From positions 1 through 50,833 of the IMG/VR virus record IMGVR_UViG_3300024264_000051: a DNA stretch of 50,833 nt; one strand, written 5' to 3'. The notes under the pieces are model-generated. The model worked only from the letters and a program-made list of their open reading frames with translations. It made no database searches and was not told the origin of the DNA. The position numbers and the translations under genes are program-made. The DNA is from a virus (Duplodnaviria > Caudoviricetes). Shown piece by piece: positions 1-9,956 of this stretch (position 1 is its first letter; each line of letters starts with the position of its first letter).

Positions 1-155
1 AAGGTATTCTGATCGCACCATAAAAGTAGGCAATACGTTGTAAAGTTGTTTCGATAGTGCAAGACACACCTCGCCCAGTAACCGAAATAGCGAAATCGGA
101 TATTTTATCATTTTCTATTCGTATTGCGCTATCTTCGTATTATCGTATTTGAATC

Positions 156-713
156 ATGGCTCTCATTAGCAGATCCGAAGCGGCACGCGCCCTGGGCGTG
201 TCACCTGAAGCTGTCTACGCAGCAGTGAAAAGCGGAAGATTATCGGTCAAGAAAGACGCATATGGCAAGCCTGTTGTGGATAGCGAAACAATGCGAGAGG
301 AATGGGCTAGAAACACGCAAACAAGAATTGGCATTGGCCCTAAGGCTGCTGGGCCGGGTAAAGAAAAGAAGCCTTTACGCAGCCGTGAGGAGAGAATGGC
401 CTCTGGAGCAGAGCGGCCAAGGATCAGTAAGACCGAAGAGTCGATCCCTGACTATGACGAATCTCGCGCCCGAACTGAGCACTTAAAAGCAGAACTACTT
501 GAACTTGAGCGACAGCAAAAAGAAGGGCTCCTAGTCAAAGCAGAAGACATTGCGCTTGAATGGTCAGAAATTATCACTCGCGCAAGAACAAAGCTATTAG
601 GGATACCAACCAAGGCAAAACAGCGAATACCAGACTTAGATACAGACGCTATTGGTGTTTTAGATGATATTGTGCGCGAGGCACTAGAAGATTTGGCTGT
701 TGACAGCGAATAA
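156..713 (+). CDS. terS: Terminase small subunit (Nu1-like)
   Basis: N-terminal HTH (ISRSEAARALGVSPEAV), then ARTEHLKAELLELE...EGLLV coiled coil typical of Nu1. Overlaps terL. Confidence 0.88.
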   Translation: MALISRSEAARALGVSPEAVYAAVKSGRLSVKKDAYGKPVVDSETMREEWARNTQTRIGIGPKAAGPGKEKKPLRSREERMASGAERPRISKTEESIPDYDESRARTEHLKAELLELERQQKEGLLVKAEDIALEWSEIITRARTKLLGIPTKAKQRIPDLDTDAIGVLDDIVREALEDLAVDSE

Positions 714-2559
714 CGTAGAAAAACTAAGAAAGTCAGCCGCTTTAGCGTTCAAACCGCCAAAGAAGATGACTTTAAGCGAGTGGGCGGACTCTTATGCGTA
801 TTTAAGCGCAGAATCAAGCGCAGAAGGGGGTAGATGGCACACGCTGCCTTATCAGAAAGGAATAATGGATGCGATTACGAATCCGAAGATCGAGCAGATC
901 AGTGTGATGAAAAGTGCCCGTGTCGGGTACAGCAAAATCCTTAATCACGTCGCGGCCTTCCATATTCACCAAGATCCGTGTCCGATCATGATCGTGCAGC
1001 CCACGATTGAGGATGCTCAGGGCTATTCCAAGGAAGAAATTGCGCCGATGTTGCGTGATACACCTTGTCTCAAGGGTGTAGTGAGCGAGGCCAAGTCAAA
1101 GGACGGAGCCAACACGATCCTACAGAAGCAATTCCCTGGCGGGAGCCTGAGCCTGGTAGGTGCCAACAGTCCGCGTGGGTTTAGGCGTGTGAGTAGGCGA
1201 GTGGTGCTATTTGATGAGGTTGACGGCTACCCACCCTCGGCTGGCACTGAAGGCGACCAGATCAAGCTTGGCATTAGGCGTACTGAGTATTACTGGAACA
1301 GGAAGATCGTGGCGGGGTCAACGCCAACCGTCAAAGACTTCAGCCGTGTAGAGCGAATGTTTCTGCAGGGTGATCAGAGGCGCTATTTCGTGCCATGCCC
1401 CGACTGCGGCCACATGCAGTACTTGAAATGGGCAAACATGAAGTGGCACGACAACGACCCCGATACAGCTAGTTACTGCTGCGAAAGCTGTGGCGTATGG
1501 ATCCCAGCAGCGAAGAAGCGTTGGATGGTTGAACGCGGTGAGTGGCGGCCCACCGCGCCTGGTAATGGTAAGCATGTTTCGTTTCATATTTGGGCGGCGT
1601 ATAGCTATAGCCCTAATGCGAGCTGGTCAACGCTTGTCGAGGAGTTTCTTGATGCGAAAAACGACGCAGAGCAGCTAAAGACATTCGTGAACACTGTTCT
1701 GGGCGAGACGTGGGAAGACGAATATGCGTCCAAGGTGGGCGCAGATGCTCTCAGCGAACGCTCAGCTGAGGAGAAGTACAAGCAGGGTGTAGTGCCCACG
1801 GAGACTTTGCTGTTGACTGTCGGTTGCGACACGCAGGATGATCGACTGTCGCTCAGTATTTGGGGATGGGGCCGCGAAGAGCAGGGGTGGTTGATCGACA
1901 GGGTGAAAATTTACGGCGATCCATCACGCAAGGAAGTGTGGAAGCAGTTGGATGAGATAGTGCAGACCCCTTACAAGTCGGAAGATGGTCGCGAGTTAAA
2001 GCCAATGGTGGTGGCGATTGACTCTGGTGGCCACCACACCAGCGAGGTTTACCAGTACGCGAGAGAGCGGCAGAGCTTGGGGGTGATTGCGATCAAGGGC
2101 ATGTCAACCAAAAACAAGCCGCCAATTGGCAAGGCAAGCAAGGTTGACCTGAATGCGCAGGGCAAGACCCTTAAGAAAGGCGCTCAGGTGTTCCCGGTGG
2201 GATCGGACACGATTAAGTCATTATTGTTCGGCAGGCTAAAGCACAACGATGTCGGGCCAGGGTATTTGCATTTTTATCCAACAGTCGATAAAGATTATTT
2301 CGAGGAATTGACCGCAGAAAAGCAGGTGCTCAGATTCAGGAATGGATTCCCTGAGCGATTTTGGGTCAAGAAGAGCAGTGCAAGAAACGAAGCGTTGGAC
2401 GAGCTTGTTTACGCTTACGCAGCATTAAATCGCGTGTATCAGATTAAAGATCGAAGGACGCTATGGGATCAGATGGAAAGATCACCTGAAGAACGAAAAG
2501 AGTCAAAACGTACAGCCTCGGCAGCGCGGACCCAGAAAAGTTTCGTTAATCAGTGGTAA
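700..2559 (+). CDS. terL: Terminase large subunit, lambda GpA family
   Basis: MKSARVGYS Walker A-like, VLFDEVD Walker B, GSTPT, CPDCG zinc motif, IDSGG, and C-terminal RNEALD. Confidence 0.96.
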   Translation: MTANNVEKLRKSAALAFKPPKKMTLSEWADSYAYLSAESSAEGGRWHTLPYQKGIMDAITNPKIEQISVMKSARVGYSKILNHVAAFHIHQDPCPIMIVQPTIEDAQGYSKEEIAPMLRDTPCLKGVVSEAKSKDGANTILQKQFPGGSLSLVGANSPRGFRRVSRRVVLFDEVDGYPPSAGTEGDQIKLGIRRTEYYWNRKIVAGSTPTVKDFSRVERMFLQGDQRRYFVPCPDCGHMQYLKWANMKWHDNDPDTASYCCESCGVWIPAAKKRWMVERGEWRPTAPGNGKHVSFHIWAAYSYSPNASWSTLVEEFLDAKNDAEQLKTFVNTVLGETWEDEYASKVGADALSERSAEEKYKQGVVPTETLLLTVGCDTQDDRLSLSIWGWGREEQGWLIDRVKIYGDPSRKEVWKQLDEIVQTPYKSEDGRELKPMVVAIDSGGHHTSEVYQYARERQSLGVIAIKGMSTKNKPPIGKASKVDLNAQGKTLKKGAQVFPVGSDTIKSLLFGRLKHNDVGPGYLHFYPTVDKDYFEELTAEKQVLRFRNGFPERFWVKKSSARNEALDELVYAYAALNRVYQIKDRRTLWDQMERSPEERKESKRTASAARTQKSFVNQW

Positions 2560-2594
2560 GAGTTAGACTGCTGAATATCAAGTGACTTTTATCG

Positions 2595-3182
2595 ATGGCG
2601 ATCCCTCCATCCATAACAAGCGGCGTGGATGCGGTATGGGTTGATGCCGAGACTGTTGACGTGTTTGGCGATGCTGTAACCAGCTCCACTCACTCTCTGG
2701 TCTATTACTTTCGCCTTAACACCAATGCGCAAGGTCTAACGGCTACAGCAGTTGCGTACAACAGCGGATGGAAGACCACATTGACGGCTGCTGCGACTGG
2801 TTCGGCAGATCCGAGCCCTAACTGGTTTTTTCAAGCTGTTCTCACGAAGATCGGTGATAGCACTGTTCAGGAATACAGCCGAGGGCAGATTGAAATTAAG
2901 CCATCGTTGGCTTATGCGGGTACACCTGGAGCTTTTGATGGCAGGACACAGGCCCAGCAGGACTTGGATGCAGTAAAAGCAGCTATCAGATCGATCGTCT
3001 CTGGCGGCGCTGTTTCTGAGTACAAGATCGGGAGTCGCAACCTAAAACGATATGATCTTTCAGAATTAATTGAACTTGAGTCAAGATTGAAGTCTATTGT
3101 GGCAAAGGAGAATAAAGCCAAATTAGTCGCTTCTGGCCTTGGCGATCCGCATAATCTCTACGTTCGATTTAACGGAAGCTGA
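2595..3182 (+). CDS. Head-tail joining protein (gpW-like C-terminus with N-terminal extension)
   Basis: Lies between terL and portal. C-terminus 'LDAVKAAIRSIVSGGAVSEYKIGSRNLKRYDLSEL' resembles gpW-type proteins. Confidence 0.7.
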   Translation: MAIPPSITSGVDAVWVDAETVDVFGDAVTSSTHSLVYYFRLNTNAQGLTATAVAYNSGWKTTLTAAATGSADPSPNWFFQAVLTKIGDSTVQEYSRGQIEIKPSLAYAGTPGAFDGRTQAQQDLDAVKAAIRSIVSGGAVSEYKIGSRNLKRYDLSELIELESRLKSIVAKENKAKLVASGLGDPHNLYVRFNGS

Positions 3183-4666
3183 TGGGACTTCGTACACGAT
3201 TTTTAAGAACTCTGGGTCTGCAGCGCGTACCACGCGAGCAGCCTCGCCGTCGTCGTCGTAGTTATGCGGGTGCAATTGTCTCTCGCCTAACTAGCGACTG
3301 GATGAGCACTCGCGCTAGTGCTGACGCCGAAATTCGCAACAGCTTGAGCAAGCTGCGCGACCGTTCACGCGAGATGGTGCGGAACAATCCGTATGCAAAG
3401 CAGGCAAAGCGCACCACTCAGGTCAACGTCGTTGGCAGCGGGATCAAGCTTCAGTCTCAAGTGCAGCAGGTTCGAGGCCGGAAGCCTAGTGAAGCGATTA
3501 ATCGCCTCATTGAAGAGAAATGGCATTTATGGACCCGTGCCCAGTATTGCGATGTCGCTGGTCGGCATAGCTTCCACATGATGGAATGGCTGGCCACAGG
3601 AGCTTTGCCTGAATCAGGCGAAGCGTTATTCCGCATTATCCGTCGCCCGTTTGGTGGTAGCCGCGTCCCATTGGCGCTTGAGATGATCGAGTCTGATGTG
3701 CTCGACGAGGAATATCAAGGTCCAACACTCGCGAAGCTCAATGAGTGGAGGATGGGTGTTGAGATTAACGAGTGGGGTCGTCCTGTTCGTTATGCGTTTT
3801 TAACTCGTCATCCTGGTGACTACTGGTTTCAAAATGCACCGCAAAAAGGAGACAAGCACGTCTTTCTGCCTGCTGAAGACGTAATTCATCTGTTTATTCC
3901 AGAGCGTCCGCAACAACATCGCGGAGTGCCTTGGTTCCATTCAGTGATGGCTGATGCGCATCAGTTGCAAGGCTATGAAGAGGCCGCTGTGATCCGTGCT
4001 CGCGCTGGTGCTTCTGTGATGGGTTTTGTCACAAGCCCGGAGGGTGAGCTTGAAGGTGATGACGTTGAGACTGATCGCAGGATCAGCGAGTTCGAGCCTG
4101 GGATGTGGAAGTATCTGGAGCCTGGTCAGAACGTAAGCGTGCCAAACATCAGCTCGCCTGATCAACAGTACGAGATGTTCGTAAAGAATAAGGTCAGGCG
4201 TTTTGCGTCAGGTTTTGGCTGTTCTTACGAGACGCTGAGTCGGGATTTTAGTGAAACCAATTACAGCAGCAGCCGGTTGAGCTTGCTGGAAGATCGCGAG
4301 CATTGGAAGGTTATTCAGTCTTATTTGATTGAAAACTTCCATAATCGTGTGTTTCGTGAATGGCTTGACTTAGCTGTATTGGCTGGTGAGCTTCCGTTCG
4401 ATGATTACGATTCACGTCCCGAGCGTTATGACACTCCGCGATGGATGGCTCGCGGCTGGGATTGGGTTGATCCATTGAAGGAAGCAAAAGCTTATCGCCA
4501 GATGGAGCAGGCCGGTTACATGACCAAGGCACAGATCGTCGCGAAGCTTGGCGGAGACTTCTTCGACAACCTCACTGAGTTCTCTAGGGAACAGCAAGCA
4601 GCCGAAGAGCTTAATGTTGAACTTGATCGTGACATTATTGATGAGCTACCAGAGGAGGTTGAGTGA
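3182..4666 (+). CDS. Portal protein, lambda family
   Basis: LRDRSREMVRNNPYA, GVEINEWGRPVRY, RPQQHRGVPW, DFSETNYSSSR and WVDPLKE motifs. Confidence 0.95.
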   Translation: MGLRTRFLRTLGLQRVPREQPRRRRRSYAGAIVSRLTSDWMSTRASADAEIRNSLSKLRDRSREMVRNNPYAKQAKRTTQVNVVGSGIKLQSQVQQVRGRKPSEAINRLIEEKWHLWTRAQYCDVAGRHSFHMMEWLATGALPESGEALFRIIRRPFGGSRVPLALEMIESDVLDEEYQGPTLAKLNEWRMGVEINEWGRPVRYAFLTRHPGDYWFQNAPQKGDKHVFLPAEDVIHLFIPERPQQHRGVPWFHSVMADAHQLQGYEEAAVIRARAGASVMGFVTSPEGELEGDDVETDRRISEFEPGMWKYLEPGQNVSVPNISSPDQQYEMFVKNKVRRFASGFGCSYETLSRDFSETNYSSSRLSLLEDREHWKVIQSYLIENFHNRVFREWLDLAVLAGELPFDDYDSRPERYDTPRWMARGWDWVDPLKEAKAYRQMEQAGYMTKAQIVAKLGGDFFDNLTEFSREQQAAEELNVELDRDIIDELPEEVE

Positions 4667-7122
4667 TGCCTGCTATGCCAACTGAAGGTATGCGCGAAGA
4701 AGCGCAGCGTTATAGAGATTGGAAAGAGGATGGCCGCGATGGTGGTACTGAAGTTGCTGCTCGTCGTGCGAGTCAGATTCTTAGCGGCAACGAACTCAGC
4801 GACGACACGATTGTCGAGATGAGTGCATGGTTCGCTCGCCACGAAGTAGATAAAAAGGCTGAGGGGTTTAGTCCTGGTGAGGAGGGTTATCCTTCTCCAG
4901 GCCGTGTTGCCTGGGCTGCCTGGGGCGGTGACGCTGGCAAGGCTTTTTCTGATCGCACTGTTAAATCCATGGATCGCTCAATTGACGAAGAAACCAGAGC
5001 CGAACCTGACGGCTTGAAAGTTGGTGATTTCGTGCGCTGGGGATCGTCTGGTGGCAATGCTCAAGGCAAGATCACAAGAATTGTTCGCGACGGTCAGATT
5101 GACGTGCCCGACAGTGAGGTCGTCATCAATGGCGAAGAAGACAGTCCTGCAGCGTTAATTCAAATTTATCGCGAAGGTGGTGATGGCTGGGAACAAACTG
5201 ATGTTTATGTAGGGCATAGATTCAGTACACTGACAAAGATCGAAGCCTTACGCGCAATGGAACTTACGACGGAGGTGCCTGATGTTGTCGCAGAAGAGAG
5301 TTCTAAAAAAGAATTGTCTCGCGATCTTGAAGGTACAAAGTTCAAGCGTGTTGAAGCAACAAGTTTCAACATGGTTGACGAACGGAGCATGGAATTTCCA
5401 TTCAGCTCTGAATATCCCGTGGCTCGTTACTTTGGAAACGAAATCCTGAGCCACGGCATGGAGTCTGCGAATCTTTCGCGGCTCAACGATGGCGCACCGT
5501 TTCTTTATAACCATGACCCAGATCGCATGATCGGCGTTGTCGAACGTGCCTGGGTTGATAGTGAAAAGAAACGCGGTTACGCCAAGGTGCGCTTTTCGCG
5601 TAATAAATTCGCGCAAGAAGTGCTCCAAGACGTTCGCGATGGAATCCTTCGCGGCGTTTCCTTTGGCTACTCCATTGATAAAATGGAGGAGCGTGAAGAT
5701 GGCCTTGTAGCTACCAATTGGTCGCCTTACGAGGTCTCGTTAGCTGTTATCCCAGCTGACCCGACTGTTGGAGTTGGACGTTCTCTTGAGATCGACGATT
5801 CTGACGTAAATGTTGAGGTTGAGCGTTCTTTACAGGACGCCGACCCTGACACTGCGGCTTCGACCGCATCTCCCGTAAACACAGTGACTGAAGTCATGGA
5901 AAGCACCACTACTGATGTGGAGGTGATCCGGTCCGAGGCCGTAGAGGCCGAGCGTAACCGGATTGCATCCATCAACAAACTCGGCGAGCGTCACAACCTC
6001 TCCGATCTTGCACGCGAATTGATCTCTGGCGGCCAGTCCGTTGACGAGGCTCGCGCTGCTGTCCTCGAAAAAATCGGAACTCAACCAGTGGAACACAGCA
6101 TCACCGCCAACGACATCGGCCTCTCCGATAAGGAGACCCGTAGCTTCAGCTTCGTCAAAGCTCTGAACTATCTCTCTAACCAGGGTGATGCTCAGGCTCG
6201 TCGCGATGCAGCATTTGAAATTGAAGTTGGCGAGGCTGCTGCTAAGCAGTACGAGCGTTCTTCAAACGGCATCGTTATTCCTAACGAAGTCCTTCGTCGC
6301 GATTTGGTTGTAGGCACACCTACAGCTGGTGGTGACTTGGTTGACGACGTGCTTCTGGCTGGAAGCTTCATCGATCTGCTTCGTAACCGCTTGGCAATCG
6401 CTCAGGCTGGCGCAACGATGTTGACCGGCCTTCAGGGCAATGTGTCAATCCCTCGTCAGACCTCTGCTGCTACTGCTTACTGGGTTGGCGAGAACGCTTC
6501 CCCCACCGAATCTCAGCAGAGCATTGATCAGGTGAATATGACACCCAAAACCGTGGGTGCATTTGTTGATTACTCAAGGCGTCTTCTGCTTCAAAGCAGC
6601 ATCGACGTTGAAGGCATGGTTCGTAACGACCTTGCCCGCGTGATCGCACTGGAAATTGACCGCGCTGCTATCTACGGCACCGGCTCTTCCAACCAGCCTC
6701 AAGGCTTGACTAATGTGAGCGGTATTGGCTCCGAGACCCTTACGGGCACCGGCACCTTTACCGAGTACATCGCGATGGAGACCGACGTTGCTGCAGCTAA
6801 CGCTGATGCTGGCGCTCTTCGTTATATCGTCAACGCCACCACTCGCGGCGGCCTGAAGGGAACCAAGAAGGACGCTGGAAGCGGCGAGTTCGTCTTCGCT
6901 GACAACGAGATCAACGGTTATCCCGTGATCGTCTCCAACCAACTTGCTTCTAACGATGCACTGTTCGGCGACTTCTCCATGTTCATCATGGGCATGTGGT
7001 CTGGCTTGGATCTGACTGTTGATCCTTATGCTGGCGCTACTGCTGGCACCGTCCGCGTGATCGCTCTCCAGGATGTTGACTTTGCTGTTAAGCAGCCTGG
7101 TGCATTCTGCTTCGCTACCTGA
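4663..7122 (+). CDS. Prohead protease-major capsid protein fusion (HK97 fold) with extra N-terminal domains
   Basis: Protease motifs (LYNHD, GVSFGY, YEVSLAVIPAD), a helical scaffold-like region, then a capsid domain (AYWVGE, KTVGAFVDYSRRLL, FGDFS). Confidence 0.93.
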   Translation: MMPAMPTEGMREEAQRYRDWKEDGRDGGTEVAARRASQILSGNELSDDTIVEMSAWFARHEVDKKAEGFSPGEEGYPSPGRVAWAAWGGDAGKAFSDRTVKSMDRSIDEETRAEPDGLKVGDFVRWGSSGGNAQGKITRIVRDGQIDVPDSEVVINGEEDSPAALIQIYREGGDGWEQTDVYVGHRFSTLTKIEALRAMELTTEVPDVVAEESSKKELSRDLEGTKFKRVEATSFNMVDERSMEFPFSSEYPVARYFGNEILSHGMESANLSRLNDGAPFLYNHDPDRMIGVVERAWVDSEKKRGYAKVRFSRNKFAQEVLQDVRDGILRGVSFGYSIDKMEEREDGLVATNWSPYEVSLAVIPADPTVGVGRSLEIDDSDVNVEVERSLQDADPDTAASTASPVNTVTEVMESTTTDVEVIRSEAVEAERNRIASINKLGERHNLSDLARELISGGQSVDEARAAVLEKIGTQPVEHSITANDIGLSDKETRSFSFVKALNYLSNQGDAQARRDAAFEIEVGEAAAKQYERSSNGIVIPNEVLRRDLVVGTPTAGGDLVDDVLLAGSFIDLLRNRLAIAQAGATMLTGLQGNVSIPRQTSAATAYWVGENASPTESQQSIDQVNMTPKTVGAFVDYSRRLLLQSSIDVEGMVRNDLARVIALEIDRAAIYGTGSSNQPQGLTNVSGIGSETLTGTGTFTEYIAMETDVAAANADAGALRYIVNATTRGGLKGTKKDAGSGEFVFADNEINGYPVIVSNQLASNDALFGDFSMFIMGMWSGLDLTVDPYAGATAGTVRVIALQDVDFAVKQPGAFCFAT

Positions 7123-7127
7123 TACTC

Positions 7128-7361
7128 ATGAGAGTTGAGATCATCCGCAATGTGATGATCAACGGGGAGTCTGTGAAAGCAGGCTCCTTTGTTGAAGTCG
7201 AGCAAGGCATTGCCACACTGCTGATTAACAGTGATAAGGCCAAGGTGGCTTCAGACCCTGAGCCTGCACCAGCTTGTCCTCCTAAACCTGCCACTACGAC
7301 CGCGCCGAAAGTAGTATCTACACGACGCGGACGTGTAAAACCTTCTTCTGGAGAGGACTAA
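7128..7361 (+). CDS. Small head-associated hypothetical protein
   Basis: Directly after the capsid gene. Pro/Lys-rich tail. Stop overlaps the next start. Confidence 0.7.
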   Translation: MRVEIIRNVMINGESVKAGSFVEVEQGIATLLINSDKAKVASDPEPAPACPPKPATTTAPKVVSTRRGRVKPSSGED

Positions 7362-7732
7362 TGACCATTTTATCTGTCGGACTTGAAAAGCTCTCACATT
7401 TTGCGTTAGCTCCCACAGCTTCACGCACTTCTGCTCTTGACGGCACTGCTGTTGACTTGAATGACTATGAAGGTGACATTTGCGTAATTCTCGATGTAGA
7501 GAATGGCGGAACTTCAACTTTGGATGTCAAAATTCAGTCAGCTGACACCTCTGGTGGAACCTATTCTGACGTGACTAACGCTGCGTTTACGCAAGTAAGC
7601 ACAAGCGCAAGCAAGCAGACGTTGGTTTTTGATAAAGGAAGCGCCAAGCGTTACATCAAAGCTGTTTCAACAGTATCTACTTCAACTCACACCTATAGCG
7701 TCAATGCTTTTGGTGCTCTGAAGTACGCCTGA
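7361..7732 (+). CDS. Putative capsid decoration/cement protein
   Basis: Beta-rich 123 aa after the capsid gene and before a terminator. GGAG-type RBS upstream. Confidence 0.6.
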   Translation: MTILSVGLEKLSHFALAPTASRTSALDGTAVDLNDYEGDICVILDVENGGTSTLDVKIQSADTSGGTYSDVTNAAFTQVSTSASKQTLVFDKGSAKRYIKAVSTVSTSTHTYSVNAFGALKYA

Positions 7733-7743
7733 TAGCTGTACGT

Positions 7744-7766
7744 GCCCGGTTCGTCCGGGCTTTTCT
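7744..7766 (+). terminator. Rho-independent terminator after head genes
   Basis: GCCCGG-TTCGT-CCGGGC followed by TTTT. Confidence 0.75.
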
Positions 7767-7767
7767 C

Positions 7768-8052
7768 ATGGCATTTACAGAAGACTTAAGCGTTTTTTTG
7801 AGCAGTGCTGATTTTGCTGTTCCTGTTACGGCTGGCTCCACTACTGGGCTGGGGATCTTGGACATGCCAAGCGAAATCATTGCTGACGGAGTGGTGCTGA
7901 CGACTGACTATAAGTTGACGTGTGAGTCATCAAAGTTTGGGAGTTTGCTGCATAGCGATGCAGTGTCGGTTGATGGAGTCAACTACACTGTTAGAAGCGC
8001 GAACCTCATCGACGATGGGAAATTCGTCGAGTTAATGCTGATGAAGAATTGA
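7768..8052 (+). CDS. Head-tail joining/closure protein (gpFII-like)
   Basis: Size, position and 'GILDMP...VDGVNYTVR...DDG' pattern. Confidence 0.7.
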   Translation: MAFTEDLSVFLSSADFAVPVTAGSTTGLGILDMPSEIIADGVVLTTDYKLTCESSKFGSLLHSDAVSVDGVNYTVRSANLIDDGKFVELMLMKN

Positions 8053-8375
8053 TGACTGCTGAAATCGGCTACTTCGCAGACAATTCCAAGAACATTTATT
8101 CTTGGGATCCTCTCACTGCTGATGGCTCAACGCCTGCGGTAAAGCTTGCGGGTGTGAACTATGTTTTTGTTCATAAGATTGTTGGTGCAAATGTAACTGT
8201 CATTGACGAGGCGTCTTTAAATGGGACTGATTGGTTCGAGCTTGAGTCTCATTCTCACTCTGGTAGCGGTATTGATGCCCACTTTTATTCCAACAGTCCC
8301 GTCCTTTATGTCCGGTGTACTGCGAGCAATATAGGTAATGGCGAAGAGTTCCACGGTTCTGTGATGTGTGATTAA
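8049..8375 (+). CDS. Hypothetical virion protein
   Basis: ORF in the head-tail cluster ('EASLNGTDWF'), coupled to neighbours. Start may be ATG 8052. Confidence 0.6.
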   Translation: MMTAEIGYFADNSKNIYSWDPLTADGSTPAVKLAGVNYVFVHKIVGANVTVIDEASLNGTDWFELESHSHSGSGIDAHFYSNSPVLYVRCTASNIGNGEEFHGSVMCD

Positions 8376-8803
8376 TGACTACTAGACGCGAGCAAATCTT
8401 GGCTCAAATTGCCACAACACTGGCCAGCACTGCTGGCGTTAGCGGGAGGGTGTATCGGTCGAGGGTTACAGCGGCTGCAAGGGCTGAGACTCCGATGATC
8501 GTGATTGAGCCAGTGAATGATGTTGCGCAGCAGCAGACTTCTTTGCCAAAGCTTGACTGGACAATGCGGGTGAGAGTCGTTGTGATTACTAGGTCAACAA
8601 CTCCCTATACAGATGCAGATTCGGTAATCGAATCGATGCACTCCAAACTTATGGCTGATTTAACTATTGGAGGTTATGCGATTGATGTGCAGCCCGTGCT
8701 AACAAGCTTTGAGTTTCTTGATGCAGACCAACCTGCTGGCGTGTTTTCTAATGAGTACGACGTTAAATACAGAACATCAGTAGCAGACCTTACCGTCTAC
8801 TAA
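8375..8803 (+). CDS. Tail terminator (gpU-like)
   Basis: 'RREQILAQI...GRVYRSR...P.IVIEP...D..IE..HSKLMAD.T.GG' pattern, upstream of the tail tube. Confidence 0.75.
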   Translation: MTTRREQILAQIATTLASTAGVSGRVYRSRVTAAARAETPMIVIEPVNDVAQQQTSLPKLDWTMRVRVVVITRSTTPYTDADSVIESMHSKLMADLTIGGYAIDVQPVLTSFEFLDADQPAGVFSNEYDVKYRTSVADLTVY

Positions 8804-8828
8804 GGTTTAAGCAGTTGCAAGGATTACG

Positions 8829-9065
8829 ATGAAAGACGAGTACAGCGGTCAAGGTGGGTCGTATCTTCTCGATCCAGAAACCGGAAAACGCACTCTGATC
8901 AAGCGAACACTTCCCGCCGACCCCCAACAAGAAAATGGCACCACTTCTTCTACGGAAACGACTGATTCTGATCGAAACAGAATCGAGTTACGGAGTAGAT
9001 CCAACTCCAACCGGAACCGACGCGGTTTTGGTGAGGGATCTGAACATCACCCCACAGCAGAGTGA
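8829..9065 (+). CDS. Small hypothetical protein overlapping tail tube start
   Basis: N-terminal MKDEYSGQGGSYLLDPETGKRTLIKRT looks protein-like. The last 131 nt overlap the tail tube gene. Confidence 0.5.
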   Translation: MKDEYSGQGGSYLLDPETGKRTLIKRTLPADPQQENGTTSSTETTDSDRNRIELRSRSNSNRNRRGFGEGSEHHPTAE

Positions 9066-9873
9066 TGTTGTTAGTCGCGATCTGATTCGTCCCTACTTGG
9101 GAGCTTCTGAGCAGCTGTTGGCTAACACTCGCGTTGAATGTACGTTCAGTGTTGAGCTAGCAGGATCTGGTACTGCTGGCACCGCACCTCAGTACGGTAA
9201 AGCTCTGCAGGCTTGTGGCCTTTCTGAGACTGTTGCTGCTGGAGTTAGTGTCACTTACGCCCCGGTGAGTGCGGCTTTTAGTTCAGTCACCATTCACTAC
9301 AACGTCAATAATGTCCGCCATAAGGTGACTGGTGCTAGAGGGACTTTCACCCTGAACGGCTCGGTGGGCGAAATCCCTACGATTGACTTCACCTTCACTG
9401 GTATCTATAACGCTCCTGATGATTCAGCAGCGCCTAGCGTTACTTACGCGAATCAGGCGACACCGCTGATCTTCAAGAACGGCAACACAGACACCTTCTC
9501 CTTGCTTTCTTACTCTGGCTGTTTGCAGTCAGTGAGCATGGACATCGGGAACACAGTCGTGTATCGCGAGCTGATTGGTTGCACGAAGGAAGTGCTAATC
9601 ACTGATCGCAGCGCAAGCGGCAGCGTGAGTATCGAGATGGTTTCGATTGGCACGAAGGATTACTTCACTGCTGCATTGACTGATGACACGCTGGGTAACT
9701 TGACGTTCCAGCACGGCACCACGGCTGGGAACATCGTTGATTTTGCTAGCACCCGGATCGACATCGGGGACGTGAGTTATGGCGATCAAGACGGCATTGC
9801 GATGCTAAACATCCCATACACCGCGATTCCATCAACGGCAGGGAATGATGAGTTCAGCTTGGTGTACACTTGA
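8935..9873 (+). CDS. Major tail tube protein
   Basis: 312 aa, Ser/Thr/Gly rich, 'ESSYGVDPTP', 'GEIPTIDFTFTG'. Followed by a terminator and chaperones. Confidence 0.85.
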   Translation: MAPLLLRKRLILIETESSYGVDPTPTGTDAVLVRDLNITPQQSDVVSRDLIRPYLGASEQLLANTRVECTFSVELAGSGTAGTAPQYGKALQACGLSETVAAGVSVTYAPVSAAFSSVTIHYNVNNVRHKVTGARGTFTLNGSVGEIPTIDFTFTGIYNAPDDSAAPSVTYANQATPLIFKNGNTDTFSLLSYSGCLQSVSMDIGNTVVYRELIGCTKEVLITDRSASGSVSIEMVSIGTKDYFTAALTDDTLGNLTFQHGTTAGNIVDFASTRIDIGDVSYGDQDGIAMLNIPYTAIPSTAGNDEFSLVYT

Positions 9874-9893
9874 TCTGACGAGATGGGCTCCTG

Positions 9894-9922
9894 AGGCCGT
9901 GTTGGAGAGCACGGCCTTTTTT
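9894..9922 (+). terminator. Rho-independent terminator after tail tube
   Basis: AGGCCGTG-TTGGAGAG-CACGGCCT followed by a T-run. Confidence 0.85.
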
Positions 9923-9956
9923 ATTGCTGTAAGCTAATTGCAGTTAAATCTGCTCA

